A stretch of 64,000 nucleotides of DNA from Pseudovirgaria hyperparasitica (lineage: Eukaryota). The translations under genes were made by a program, and so were the position numbers. The notes under the pieces were generated by a model. That model was not told where the DNA came from and searched no databases. It was given only the letters and a program-made list of their open reading frames with translations. Each line of letters starts with the position of its first letter. Position 1 is the first letter of the stretch. Shown piece by piece: positions 13,200-24,306 of the stretch. The stretch lies in NCBI GenBank assembly GCA_010093815.1, contig ML996567.1. One strand, 5' to 3'.

Positions 13200-13577
13200 A
13201 TGCAGTCCTTTACGATCCTCACAGCTATCATTGCCTCTCTTTTAGGGTAAGCTTCTTTGACTGAATGGCGTTGCCATATGACATCAATACTAAGTGCTTC
13301 TATAGAACTGCCGTCGCCGTACCTGCACCACAGTTTCCTGGGTTTCCTGGTACTCCAGCCACGAGCGCTGCACCGGCTCCAACCGGTGGAGTATGTTTTG
13401 ACGATTTTGACTGCTTCGGATTTCCTCAAGGTGGTAAATGTGTGAAGGACTCGAGTGGGTTCCTTGGGTAAGCTACTTCTCCATTCCTTCTCCTATGTCC
13501 TAGCATTAAGTTCTCGACTGTCAAACTCAGACTTAATTGTATGCTAATATATTCTCAGACACTGCGAGAAACAGTGA
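13200..13577 (+). CDS. Small secreted cysteine-rich protein (75 aa), effector candidate
   Basis: Exons 13200-13246, 13306-13467, 13559-13577, both introns GTAAGC..CTAA..AG. Protein MQSFTILTAIIASLLGTAVAVPAPQFPGFPGTPATSAAPAPTGGVCFDDFDCFGFPQGGKCVKDSSGFLGHCEKQ. Confidence 0.85.
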
Positions 13578-14941
13578 AGCATCACATTTGTATTCGCACG
13601 TGGGGTTATGATGGCGCAATGCCCTATTTGTACATAGGAGAATATGACTAAGAGATCAGAAACTCAGTCGAGATGCCACATGTGCTCCAATCATTGATGC
13701 GGTGCTCCATGATATATTTAATCTCACATACTAGCCTCTCACAAGACTCTTTGCTATACACCCTCCAGTATATATAAACAACCTAGGGGTTTGGACGAAA
13801 AAGATGACCTATAAAGAGCAACTAAAAGCTGTATATGGTCAGCATTAAAAGCCCTTTATGGGGTGTATGCTAGAAGATCCTCTCGAGCTACACTAACGTG
13901 GAACAACGTTCGAATTGGATCCGGAACGATCGTTCTAAGGTTGGATACACTTAGTGCACACATGGTGTTAATATTACTATAACAAGGAGACGCGTTGCTA
14001 TGATGCCTCTGATGGACGATAGCAACATTTCTATAGCTGTCCTTCAAGTTCAGTAACACAAAGAGCAATTCGTGATTTCCGAGAACTTCTGCGTCTGGGA
14101 GAGACATTGCTAGTAAGCAACACTCCTAAGAGGGTAGTATATATGATTGTTATAAGTCGAGAAGCTCAGTATCGTTGGTCTGAATAAATTCACCTAAAAT
14201 ATGATACTAAGTCCGTCGAAATGCCTAAAGCTAAAAAATGACCTGCAACAATAGATTAGATACTATAGGTTATGTGAGAAGATTACCTACGTGTAGCGTG
14301 AATTCTACTAAGCAACAGGTATCTGGTTTGCAGGCACTAGATGTATTAATGTCACGTCAAAGTTCTTGAAACCTATATGTGAGCTGCTAATCCCCGACTG
14401 TAATCCTACGAGTCACTCGAGCTAAACCTCAATCTATCGCTTCTCGTATCTAAGACAAGGGTTTCCACAGTGAGGCCATGCTCACAAACAGACGATATGA
14501 CATCATGGTCATCATGGCTAAGTAGTAAACCCTAGTCATTTATGCTAGCAGTACAGCTTATGACTGTGCTTTGTGACTGCTTCAACATGACTGTTATCGA
14601 CATTTGCCATGCAGTAATCTTGAGGATTTATCTTTAGGATGGTTTGGGCAGATTTTAATTTAACACTAAGTTGGTGCAATGAACACTTTGTATATGTTGC
14701 AGGCCAGTTAAAGAATCTTATGCAGTCGACTTCACATCGTATTATGATATGGATTCATCCAAAAGTATAGTGAGGGTCTTGTTTTACTTCAATGTATGGT
14801 CATAATTGGAGACAGATGAGAATGTGTAATACCATGCTCTAGAGGTACGATTAGTCAATTTCAAATACATAATTAGTTGGAATGTAATATAAATAAGAGT
14901 TATTAGGGATCTGGCACACATCTTTGCCCGAGTAGGGTGCC

Positions 14942-17900
14942 CTATTCTATCAGGATTGATCGTTCCCTAGTGCGATCGATAGATGACCCAGGCATGTAAC
15001 CTGCACCAACTCTCCTATACACAGGTGACTGTGCATTGTTAGGTGATACAAGTAGGACGTAATGCTTCTTCTTTTCAAGAGCGCCCGTGCCCTTCTGAAT
15101 GCCCAATCACCATACACCATGGTTCCTGAGGCTCGATCGACTCTTGAGGACGATCAAATCTAAGCCACACTCCGTGAGTCTTGTTAAAACTGATAGGATG
15201 TATATATGTGGTAGCTCTTGCCTTCAGCATGTAGCGTGTGACTTGGGTGGCTGTTTAGGAAGAGACCCCGATGTTTTAGACCAAGGAGATTCAATATCTT
15301 GCCAGTCAATGCCATCGAACTCTAGGGTCAAGTAGTCAATGCTTCCAGTATATACGGATCTGTTCGACTGCCTAGGACCTCTAGTGTCGTTCTCGTCAAT
15401 ATAGGCCCTCACCATCCGTGTATTCTCTACTCAATATCCCAAAATCACCATTGTAGTCCATGGTCCGAAGAAGTCGGCGCTGCAAGCCGTCGATAGCGGT
15501 GGGACGATCAAATTTGTTGGAAAATTCGAGTGTTGAGAACGTCTTATAGAGTTCTTGGTATCTAAGAATGCGTTCTCCTTGGTCCGCTGGTGTTAGAATT
15601 CGGGGGAATCTTGGATCCCCAAGTAATGCTGCTTTATTACTATCCGTGTGTTTAGCACTCTGTAGTACCAACGTCTTCGTCTGACTTACATGCGAATTCT
15701 GGTCATAGTCTCGCATCGTACGCCCTCGCGACCCGCGAAGTAAGCTTGGTAGTCCGTGAAGAACAACGTTCGTCTTACAAGAGCATGTTCTTGAAGGACC
15801 CATCCACGGCGGTTCAATTCACCTTACAATACCTGCCTCTGGAACCCATCTATCATGTTGCAAATGAAGAAGGGAGACTCTAAATTCAGACCTAGACATT
15901 CAGCGTCCAGCTGTTTGCTTCTCTTCAGAAAACCTGAAAAAGTGGTTCGTTGCGTTGCTGGCGGCAATGACATAGTAGGCTGGCTCCGCTGTATATTTCC
16001 AACATGTGCCTTGTTTCTGTCTTTAAGTCCCCGCCTTCCCCTTGAACAATGCATAGAGAGTCGATCCACAAGTAGAGCTTCCTCAGAGCTTGCGTCAAAA
16101 TAACGGCATCACGAAACGTTGCGGCCATAGCTACCACCTCAATACCTTTCTTATGATCTCCTATTTCTTGAAGATAGACAATGGGGTCACCATCGGTGCC
16201 AACGCTAAGAAGCCTCTTAGGTATGGTCTTATCGGTGACTGCTTCTAGTTTCGAGCTAAGAATTTTCCATCACTATGATTTGTATCACAGTCATGAAGCC
16301 ATAGACTCAGCGTCTGGAAATGTCCTCGTGTCCCGACAGCCGGTAATCTTGGAATTCCGATTTGCACGTCTCTTGCTGCACTTGTCATGAGATCTGCATG
16401 GAAGTTTAGCAAGAGTCAAACATATGAAATCTATAGCAAGTAGCCTACCGAGGTGTCGAAACACAGATAGGGCAGGCGTATTTCCGCCGTTAATGACTAG
16501 ATGTGATCCTTTCCGAGTGAAGCGGACAGTGGCATCTTTGAGCCCCATTCGTTTGACATGCATCCCATAAAACACTGTAGAGTTTGCAGGGCCCCAACTC
16601 GGCTCTCAATTTGAGTTGATACACGGGATAGTTGATAACGTGACCCAGGCTCCAGATATTTTCTTGCACATCCATGCAATCCTGACAAAGGTGTGATGAA
16701 TCTATGTTAGAGTAGAGCAGTCTGAATAATTCCTCGTTCTCTCTCCACAGCAAGGATGTAACTTCATTGTCAGTAACATACTCCCATCCGTTGTCAAGTC
16801 TTGGATGAGCGTAGCTGACTTGTAGAGCAACAATAAGTAGCGGAATTCTCTGCAGCGGAGGAGAATTTTCACCAACGTCGCCAAAGAGAATGTGGATATC
16901 ATACCCTCCCTATGTTCAACGACTCGATTTTACTAACAGCACTTGACATTGCTTGCTCTTCGATAGGAACTGTAATGGGACTTGCACCACTGATAGCATC
17001 TTCGAACTGGTAGACGTCATTGTCAAGCTTAAGCTTGATAGTTTCTAGTGCCTCCAAGAATTTCTTAGCCTGATATCGATACTGAGGAAGCTCATCATAA
17101 TCGGACTCAGGATCTACTTTTGCCGCTTCCTCCATTGTATCCCTCACGGCAATCATAGGTGTGTCGTTGTGGCTTCGATCGTGGACAATTTGAGTTGATC
17201 TACCACCATTACCCGGCCCCACATGAATATTATTCCATATGGGGGACGTGCCACACTGTTCCGGAGTTCCATGCTCAAAGTTGTGATTTACAGAGGCAGT
17301 TCGATTTGGAACGCCCACAACTAGTATATGGTCTCTCACAAGTTGAAGCAGATCACCCAAAGCGGTCTTATTGACCAGACACCTTGGGTGCTTGGCCATC
17401 CTGTTCATTTCTTCCACAACACGTCTGTGGACAACTGCCTTCTTCCTATCCCCTAGCTTGGTAATTTCCAGTTCGTAGAATGGCTCTTCACGACCAGTAG
17501 AGCCACTTGTATATTGGTTGAACCTCGAGAGACCTTCGTAGCCATTCAACATCCAGCTGAGAAATTCAAGAATAATACAACCCATGGCCCAGATATCATA
17601 AAGTCTAGAGATGCGTTTCTCACTCTGGCCTTCAAAACCTGCTACTAATCCAGTCTCTGACTCTGGAGGTTCGTAGCGTTGAGTCCCGAACCGAGTTGAT
17701 GTATTATTTACCCTGATTGTAGTGTCAAGGGTATGCCCCTTTGCTATACCCCAATCGCCGATCTTGAGCGTACCAATATCGTTGATATCGTTGCTGGTTC
17801 GAAACCAAAGGATGTTTTCAGGTTTCAGATCCCCGTGACGATAGTGAGTACTGTCGCCATCACTATCCCTGTAGTGACATTTTCTAATTGCTCTTGTAAT

Positions 17901-18916
17901 TCCAATCAGCTGATCGAAGACCGTTCTGACAAACGTAACGTCAGGACGAGGCTTTACTACCTCCCATAGCTGGCGAAGACTACCACCGTCTGCCCACTCA
18001 AACATTAAGTAATACTCGTTTATTTGTTCATCTGCATAGCACCTACGGAAAGCGGCAATGAAGTGAACGATGTGTGAGCTGTCCCTCTCTTCTACATTGA
18101 CTAGATTCTCAGCCTCTGCCTCCCAAGCTTTGCGTAGCTCGGAAACTTTACCACCATTCCGTTTTCGAAATTCCTTGACCGCTACGGTCCTGGGCGTATA
18201 TTTTGAAGAGGGCTGCGAGTGCTGCGGTGATATTAGTGATATACACCACGAGCTCATCGGTACAATCTCACCTGGGAGCCAATGTCGTCGATATGAGCTC
18301 CATGGACATCGTAATGATATACCCACCCAAAGGAGCCTTCTGCAATTGAAGGAGCGCGTGACACGAATGGCAGAGGTGCGCACCATGGAACGTCGATGGT
18401 AGATTTCACATCGGACGAGAATGTGGGAGCAAGAAACATCCACTGGCGCTCTTCAAATGTGTCCAATGCCTGTTCCATATTGGATTTCCATATGCGCTTC
18501 TTGTATTTTTTAAAAAAATATTTCAAACTTGAATCCCTGGCAGAGGCTCCTACAGTTTCGTCCCTTATTAGGGGCAGCATGTGATCATTGATATTTGCTT
18601 TTTTGAACGACTCCATAGCGTTTTGTAGTATACTGCGGCCAAGATCGTTGTAGGACACGCTATAGACCACAATGGCAAACAGTCTTTTCGCGAACTTGAA
18701 AGTATAGTTGACGCTGGCGTCTGTTTCTTTCATAGCAGTAGCTTGAGCAATGGCCTCTTTAGTCAAGATCCGATTGATTGCATCGTTTGGAAGAAAGAAT
18801 CCAGATTCTGTCTTATGGAATTGGCTGCGCTTTTTTTCTTTCGATATGGCGCGTTCGATGGTATTGGGTTCTGTCGTATGTTCAGAGCCATCCGATTCCG
18901 TGTCTGAAGAAACCAT
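14942..18916 (-). pseudogene. Protein kinase-HET domain fusion gene; kinase half intact, HET half disrupted
   Basis: Kinase motifs EGSFGWV, VAVK, HGDLKPEN, DWG, YEPPE, YDIWAMG. After an intron near 16904: QIGIPRLP, WLHDCD..H, PKRLL, TFRDAV...LWIDSLCIVQ, LNRRGWVLQE, YRRVGAG, interrupted by frameshifts and a stop. Confidence 0.85.
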
Positions 18917-19567
18917 GTTGAGTAGTTGAGACAATAAGGCTCCAGCAAACCAAGAAAAAACAGTTTTGATAGTGCCTGCATTCAGGACTCTCGATCTTTC
19001 ATGATAGCGACTATTTGTGAAAATTTTCACTATTCTAGCTATGCATGGAATAGAATTGTCAAGATGCGGACGGTTCATTTTCGGTTGCAATTTCGCGGCA
19101 CCGTACTGTGTTTCACACGTGATAAGGCTAAAGCCTTGACACCGTATTCATGGCCTGTATCTGCCAAGTTGATGAGTCGTCACTACATGCATACTATCTG
19201 CAAGCCAGAGAGCTCGATAATGCGACCTCAGAGTTAGGGCACCCGACTGACCAACCAGGCTTTGAGATCGCACAAGACATAGCATCCTGAATGCCTGCCT
19301 TTTGTGGTTCAATAACTACCTGCAGAGTGTGACTACGCCCTCATCTAAACTGTACTCCTCGGGCACCAATTGCACTTTCGCAGCTCATATTGGCCCCGTG
19401 TTCCAAGCGGAGCCGCAATAGTGGTCCAAATCCACCTTCCTATTACCAAAACCTCACTTATTAAGTCTCTATTATCTAAATAATGTAGCTCTACGATATA
19501 GCTTTGATCTAAATACTAGTTATAAATAATAATTATAGTATTATAAAGCTAATATATCTAAGAAATA

Positions 19568-20124
19568 TCCGTCCGTAATTTTCTCAGCGTAACTCTTGGC
19601 ACGTGTCGTACGCGCAACACATCCATAAGTTTTTTTACCGATACCTCTAATTCTTAAAACCTATACCCTCCCTAATAACTCTAGCTTTAAGGCTCTAGAA
19701 GGTATTAGAAGATCTTATATACTTCTATTTATATCTTAGGAATATTTATTAAATTCTTTTAAAGACTAAAGGATCTTAAAGAGATAGATAGAAGAGAAAA
19801 TCTCTATTTTCTCTATAAGTTTACTATATACCTCGGTACTTTAGAAGTTACCCCTCCTATAACCCCTCCTATACTTAAGAACTAGAATTATAAATAGAGC
19901 TTTTCTTAGAATAACTAATTAATATATTATTATTCTTTCTTTATTTTTTTCTTAATATAGAAAGCAACAGACTATATAGAAGTATATATAGATATAACTA
20001 AGAAACTTCCTAGAGTCTTAATTCTAGAGTTATTAGAAAAAATATAAGTTTAAGAATAAGAGAAAATGTGTGTATTACGCGCGTAACACGTGCCAAGAGT
20101 TGCACTGAAAAGGTTACGGACGGA
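19568..20124. mobile_element. Non-autonomous Tc1/mariner-type element (MITE-like), RIP-degraded
   Basis: 59-bp imperfect terminal inverted repeats starting TCCGTCCGTAA (19568-19626, 20066-20124), TA on both flanks, very AT/TpA-rich interior, no transposase ORF. Confidence 0.85.
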
Positions 20125-20380
20125 TATATTTTAGTTATGTGAGTTACACGCGGAAACGTTTGTCGCCTTCTGATCCTAGGACTTGACATCGCGGTATGTC
20201 TAAGCACGTCTCATGCCTTCGCAGCCTCGCACAAGATACAGGAATTGCATCCACACTGGAAAGAATGTTACAGGCCCAATCTACCTGCCTCTCCGATCTG
20301 ACAAGTCGAATATCTATCAATGCCATCTCTTCAGTGTGAACCTTCGGCTCAGTAGAGCAACGAGGATCCACAATCCAAAA

Positions 20381-21995
20381 ATGAAAAGTTCCAATATCAT
20401 CAGTCTCCCGGACTCATCATCGAGTGACTTGAGCAATCGCTCAATGAATGATCCTAATGTCAGTCAATGTAGCCTGTATGATGTGCTGAGGAGAGTTGCT
20501 CTTCACGTTGAGTGTCCACAAGGAAACTACCAAAAGCAGTACATTCTACGTGGACACAAGATATATGAGATTACAACACCATCAGTCAGCTATCGTGGCT
20601 GAGATAGAAAATTCGATGCGCGAAGTGGGAAGATCATGCTCCCAGCTTTTCCGTAATTTCTTCTATAGCAACAGTATAGAGAGTACCGATTTCGTTGCAC
20701 ACAGCATATGTGGAAGCACGCCGTTTCCAGGCTCTTGTCGCTCAGAGCCCAAGTGTTATACGAAGGTGTTTGCTGTGCTAGTCCTAATGCAGCGGCCTGG
20801 GAGATTACGTCCTTTTTGAAGCGTGGAGTATCTGATGAGGATCTGCCGCTTGCCAATACCGATTCACCGAAAAGATGGAAGACGAAGTCTGGAGATTTGA
20901 CTGACGTATCTAAGGACTGAACCGAGAGGGCAGTATCGAGCTTCGAGCAAGAGCAGTGGAAAGTTGTGGTAAGCAACTTTTCGACCCTTTCACCGTTTGA
21001 ACCTAAGTACTCTCATGACGATGAGATCCTACCGTTTACAAGTGCAAGGCCGACTCACTTCAGCGGATCAAGTGATGTCCTCCGGGCTGTCATATGTCTG
21101 AGAACTCAGAACTTTGAAGTTCATTATGGAGTCAAAGATGAAACTGTAAGCAGCATGCTTCTGAAAGGGTTGAAAGACTTTTAACATCACTAGCAGGGTG
21201 ACGACATCTTTGCAGTCAAACGTCTACTCAAAGACACAAAAAATACTCACAGGTCCAAGAGTGCCTTTGAGTTTGAGTTGGGCATCTTGAAGAGGTTCAG
21301 TCAGGCAAGGCCTTCCCACGATCACATTGTAACATTTCTTGGAATTTTCGAGTATTGAAATGAATACTACCTAGTATTTCCTGAAGCCGATCTCGTCGAA
21401 TACTGGAAAAAATATGACCCAGAAAGCTTCAATTACAGTAACCTTAGAATCTAGCTCAGCGAGCAATTTTGTGGCCTTGCGCAGGCACTGAGTGGTGTTC
21501 ATAGGCACCAAACGGACTCAGGGAAGTCATTATTACACCCGGAGTCGTTCAGAAAGGTTACAAAGCAGTTTGAAATGTTACCGAATACGACCAATGTGGT
21601 GGATCTTCAAGGCTTTCTTCGAGTTCAGGAGGGATACCATCTCGCAGATGCGGCAAACCAGAGTGAAAGACACAGTCATCGACGTAAGTTACGCACATTT
21701 TACACTTCTTCCCTCGTAATATTTTTTGCACATCTAGCTTACAGTACCATAATAGCAAATCAGCCAACTCTTAACCAATTGTGAAACATCTTATGATACA
21801 CCTAAAACAAAAGAGGTTCTTAGCGGAATCCTCGAAATGGTCTTGAGAGAGGTGTTGATAGTAGAAACTGTGGGCAGTACGCAACTGGAAAAGAGACGTG
21901 CCAGTTCAAGACATATCGCTGAGATGCTAGAAGAGCTACTGACAGGCGTGTTAGACTGCTCAGCCTCGGATGGCGTTCCCATTAACCCATCCTAA
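20381..21995 (+). pseudogene. Degenerate protein kinase related to the neighbouring kinase-HET gene
   Basis: Fragments KVFAVLVLM, SDEDLPL, FEQEQW, ILPF, FAVKRL, FEFELGILKRFS, HIVTFL, YYLVFP, EQFCGLAQAL..VH, and late ILEMVLREVLIV..KRR. Stops at 21356 and 21452, frameshifts, no HGDxKPxN or DxG found. Confidence 0.75.
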
Positions 21996-22452
21996 TGACT
22001 ACAGAGGCACCAGTTTTGATGGTACAGAATTGGTCTCTACTTGTATAACAACATCCCTACCGCTCAACTGTTATCTATCGTTGACAAAGAGACGCAGGCG
22101 ACAGAGACTAATTGTCCAATTTGTACATTGGTGGTAGTACTTGCAGCGAATGAAATACTGCTTTTTGGTCAAGACTTGTGCAGCTGATACCGCTTACATA
22201 TACCTAGGTATGTGTCAAGTTAGATAAAAGATCTTTATACATTTATGATATCATGGAAAAGTTCATAATTAGTGCTCTACAGACGATCTATCTAACCCAG
22301 GTGAGATCCGGATCCCTGGATTAGTAAGTCCAGCTTCGGGCGCGAGGAGCGGGGAAACTTGCGAAGGCGGCGAAACAGAAGGATGACAGGTGACACGATA
22401 ACGTCGCATCTAGTGATCCATTTCATGATCTAACAGATTACGATATCAAACA

Positions 22453-24306
22453 ATGCCAGACTTTAAAGATCGGAGTGCTGCCTCAGAGGCCGACTTCGTA
22501 ATCGTCGGAGCCGGTTCAGCTTCATGCTTGATTGCGTCACGTCTCTCGCAGCAGCTGCCCAACCACCGGATTCTTGTTCTGGAGGCCGGCGAGAATCTTC
22601 GCGATGATCCAAAGATACAAACGCCTGGCTTGTCCCCATCACTTATGTCAGATCCTGTTTACGATTGGCAGTACAACAGTATACCGGAGCCACGCTTAAA
22701 CGATAGAATAGTGAAACACCCGAGAGGGAAGGTAGTTGGCGGTAGCAGTGCGATCAACAGCCATAGTGTGGTATTCCCTAATCATGAGTGGCAAGATCGT
22801 TTAGTGGAAGAGCTTCTACCACACTCAGCGAAAGAAGACTGGGGCTCACAAGGCATGAGAGACTGCTACAAGCGATGGCAGCTTGAAAGCTCTGAGTCGA
22901 GACTGCATGCGAGTGTAGAGTTCCTGGATCATATAAAAGTTTCATACCCACGTGCTCTGGATAGTCTTCAATCTCGGTGGATGGAAGCGTTTGAAGAACT
23001 TGGACATGCGACGAAGCCTACAGGCTTCACCGAGAGCTCCGCCGGCGCTGTCACTGTCACCAATGCAATCGATTCATCTAAGGGAGAAAGGAGTCACGCA
23101 GGAACAGCATTCCTGGAACCTGCATTGGAACGAGGCAATGTGGTTTTAAAAACCGCCACCAAAGTTGATAGGATTGTGTTCGATGAGCATTTGAACACGG
23201 AGGGAAAACTCGTTGCTAAGGGTGTGCGCTACACACACCAGGAGCAAGAGTATCTGATCAGAACCGGGGAGGTCATCCTCTGTGCAGGCGTCTTCGAATC
23301 TCCAGCTATATTGGAACGATCAGGCATAGGCTGCAGAAAGATTCTTACTGCTGCACGTGTTCCTGTTCTGTACGAACTTCCGGGAGTCGGAGAGAACCTA
23401 CAAGACCATATTAACTGTGGCCTGTCATGTGAAACTCGTGAAGGAGTTCATACTCGTGACGAAGCACTGAGGGATCCCGAAGAGCGGAATGCTGCATCAA
23501 TGGACTACGAACAGAATCGTAGAGGGCGGCTGTCGGAAGGGGGGGCTTATAGTTTTGCTTTCACACCGTTACAGATGCTCGAAACATCATCGGAGACACA
23601 AATACTGACTAACATCGTGGAGAGTCATGTTAAAGAGGAGCACAACCCAAGCTTAAAAGCCCAGTATTCTGTCATCCAGAAAGCAATTGAAAGTCCCAAC
23701 GAAGCGACTGCCACTATATTCATGCTGCCGCTGCAACGTCATAGAGACACCGATTCTCTACCCAAAGACACTCCTCGCTATGTCGATGGCAACTACGTGA
23801 CGGTCGTCGCGATGCTGGCCCATCCTTTCTCGCGAGGAAGTTGCCATATTAAGTCTGGGACAAGGCATCATCCGGAGATCTGCTTCAACTATCTCTCTCA
23901 TCCACTTGACACGGAAATCCTGGCTCGCCATTTGCGTCTAGTAGAGAGACTCTTCCAAGGGCCCACATTCACTGCTATAACTAAGCAGAATGGAAAGCGC
24001 TTACCTCGAAGCTTTCCGTACCCGATTTTGTCGCTAGAGGACGCGAAGAACATACTTCCAGTCAATGCAGCGACGAACTACCATCCGTGTGGCACTTGTT
24101 CCATGATGAGAGAGGATCTATGTGGCGTTGTCGATGAGCGACTGATAGTGTATGGCACAAAGAACGTAAGAGTCTGCGACGCCAGTATCTTGCCGATAAT
24201 TCCACGAGGGAATATTCTGACTGCCGTTTACGCCTTCGCGGAAAAGGCGGCTGAGATAATCTCTAGAAAGGCACAAAGAGATCTTTCATCAGGTAAGAAG
24301 GAATAG
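22453..24306 (+). CDS. GMC oxidoreductase (AA3 family), intronless
   Basis: DFVIVGAGSAS, LVLEAG, PRGKVVGGSSAIN, GVGENLQDH, YHPCGT, GVVD.RL.VYG..NVRVCDAS, PRGN. Confidence 0.95.
   Translation: MPDFKDRSAASEADFVIVGAGSASCLIASRLSQQLPNHRILVLEAGENLRDDPKIQTPGLSPSLMSDPVYDWQYNSIPEPRLNDRIVKHPRGKVVGGSSAINSHSVVFPNHEWQDRLVEELLPHSAKEDWGSQGMRDCYKRWQLESSESRLHASVEFLDHIKVSYPRALDSLQSRWMEAFEELGHATKPTGFTESSAGAVTVTNAIDSSKGERSHAGTAFLEPALERGNVVLKTATKVDRIVFDEHLNTEGKLVAKGVRYTHQEQEYLIRTGEVILCAGVFESPAILERSGIGCRKILTAARVPVLYELPGVGENLQDHINCGLSCETREGVHTRDEALRDPEERNAASMDYEQNRRGRLSEGGAYSFAFTPLQMLETSSETQILTNIVESHVKEEHNPSLKAQYSVIQKAIESPNEATATIFMLPLQRHRDTDSLPKDTPRYVDGNYVTVVAMLAHPFSRGSCHIKSGTRHHPEICFNYLSHPLDTEILARHLRLVERLFQGPTFTAITKQNGKRLPRSFPYPILSLEDAKNILPVNAATNYHPCGTCSMMREDLCGVVDERLIVYGTKNVRVCDASILPIIPRGNILTAVYAFAEKAAEIISRKAQRDLSSGKKE

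Noticed and set aside
16899..16901. Apparent stop ending a stand-alone kinase
   Set aside because: The TGA lies in a GTATGA donor; splicing to CTGCAG continues in frame toward the HET region.
22453..22540. GMC FAD loop GAGSAS instead of GxGxxG as a sign of pseudogenisation
   Set aside because: The ORF is full length with the catalytic His/Asn region intact; one Gly-to-Ser change is not enough evidence.
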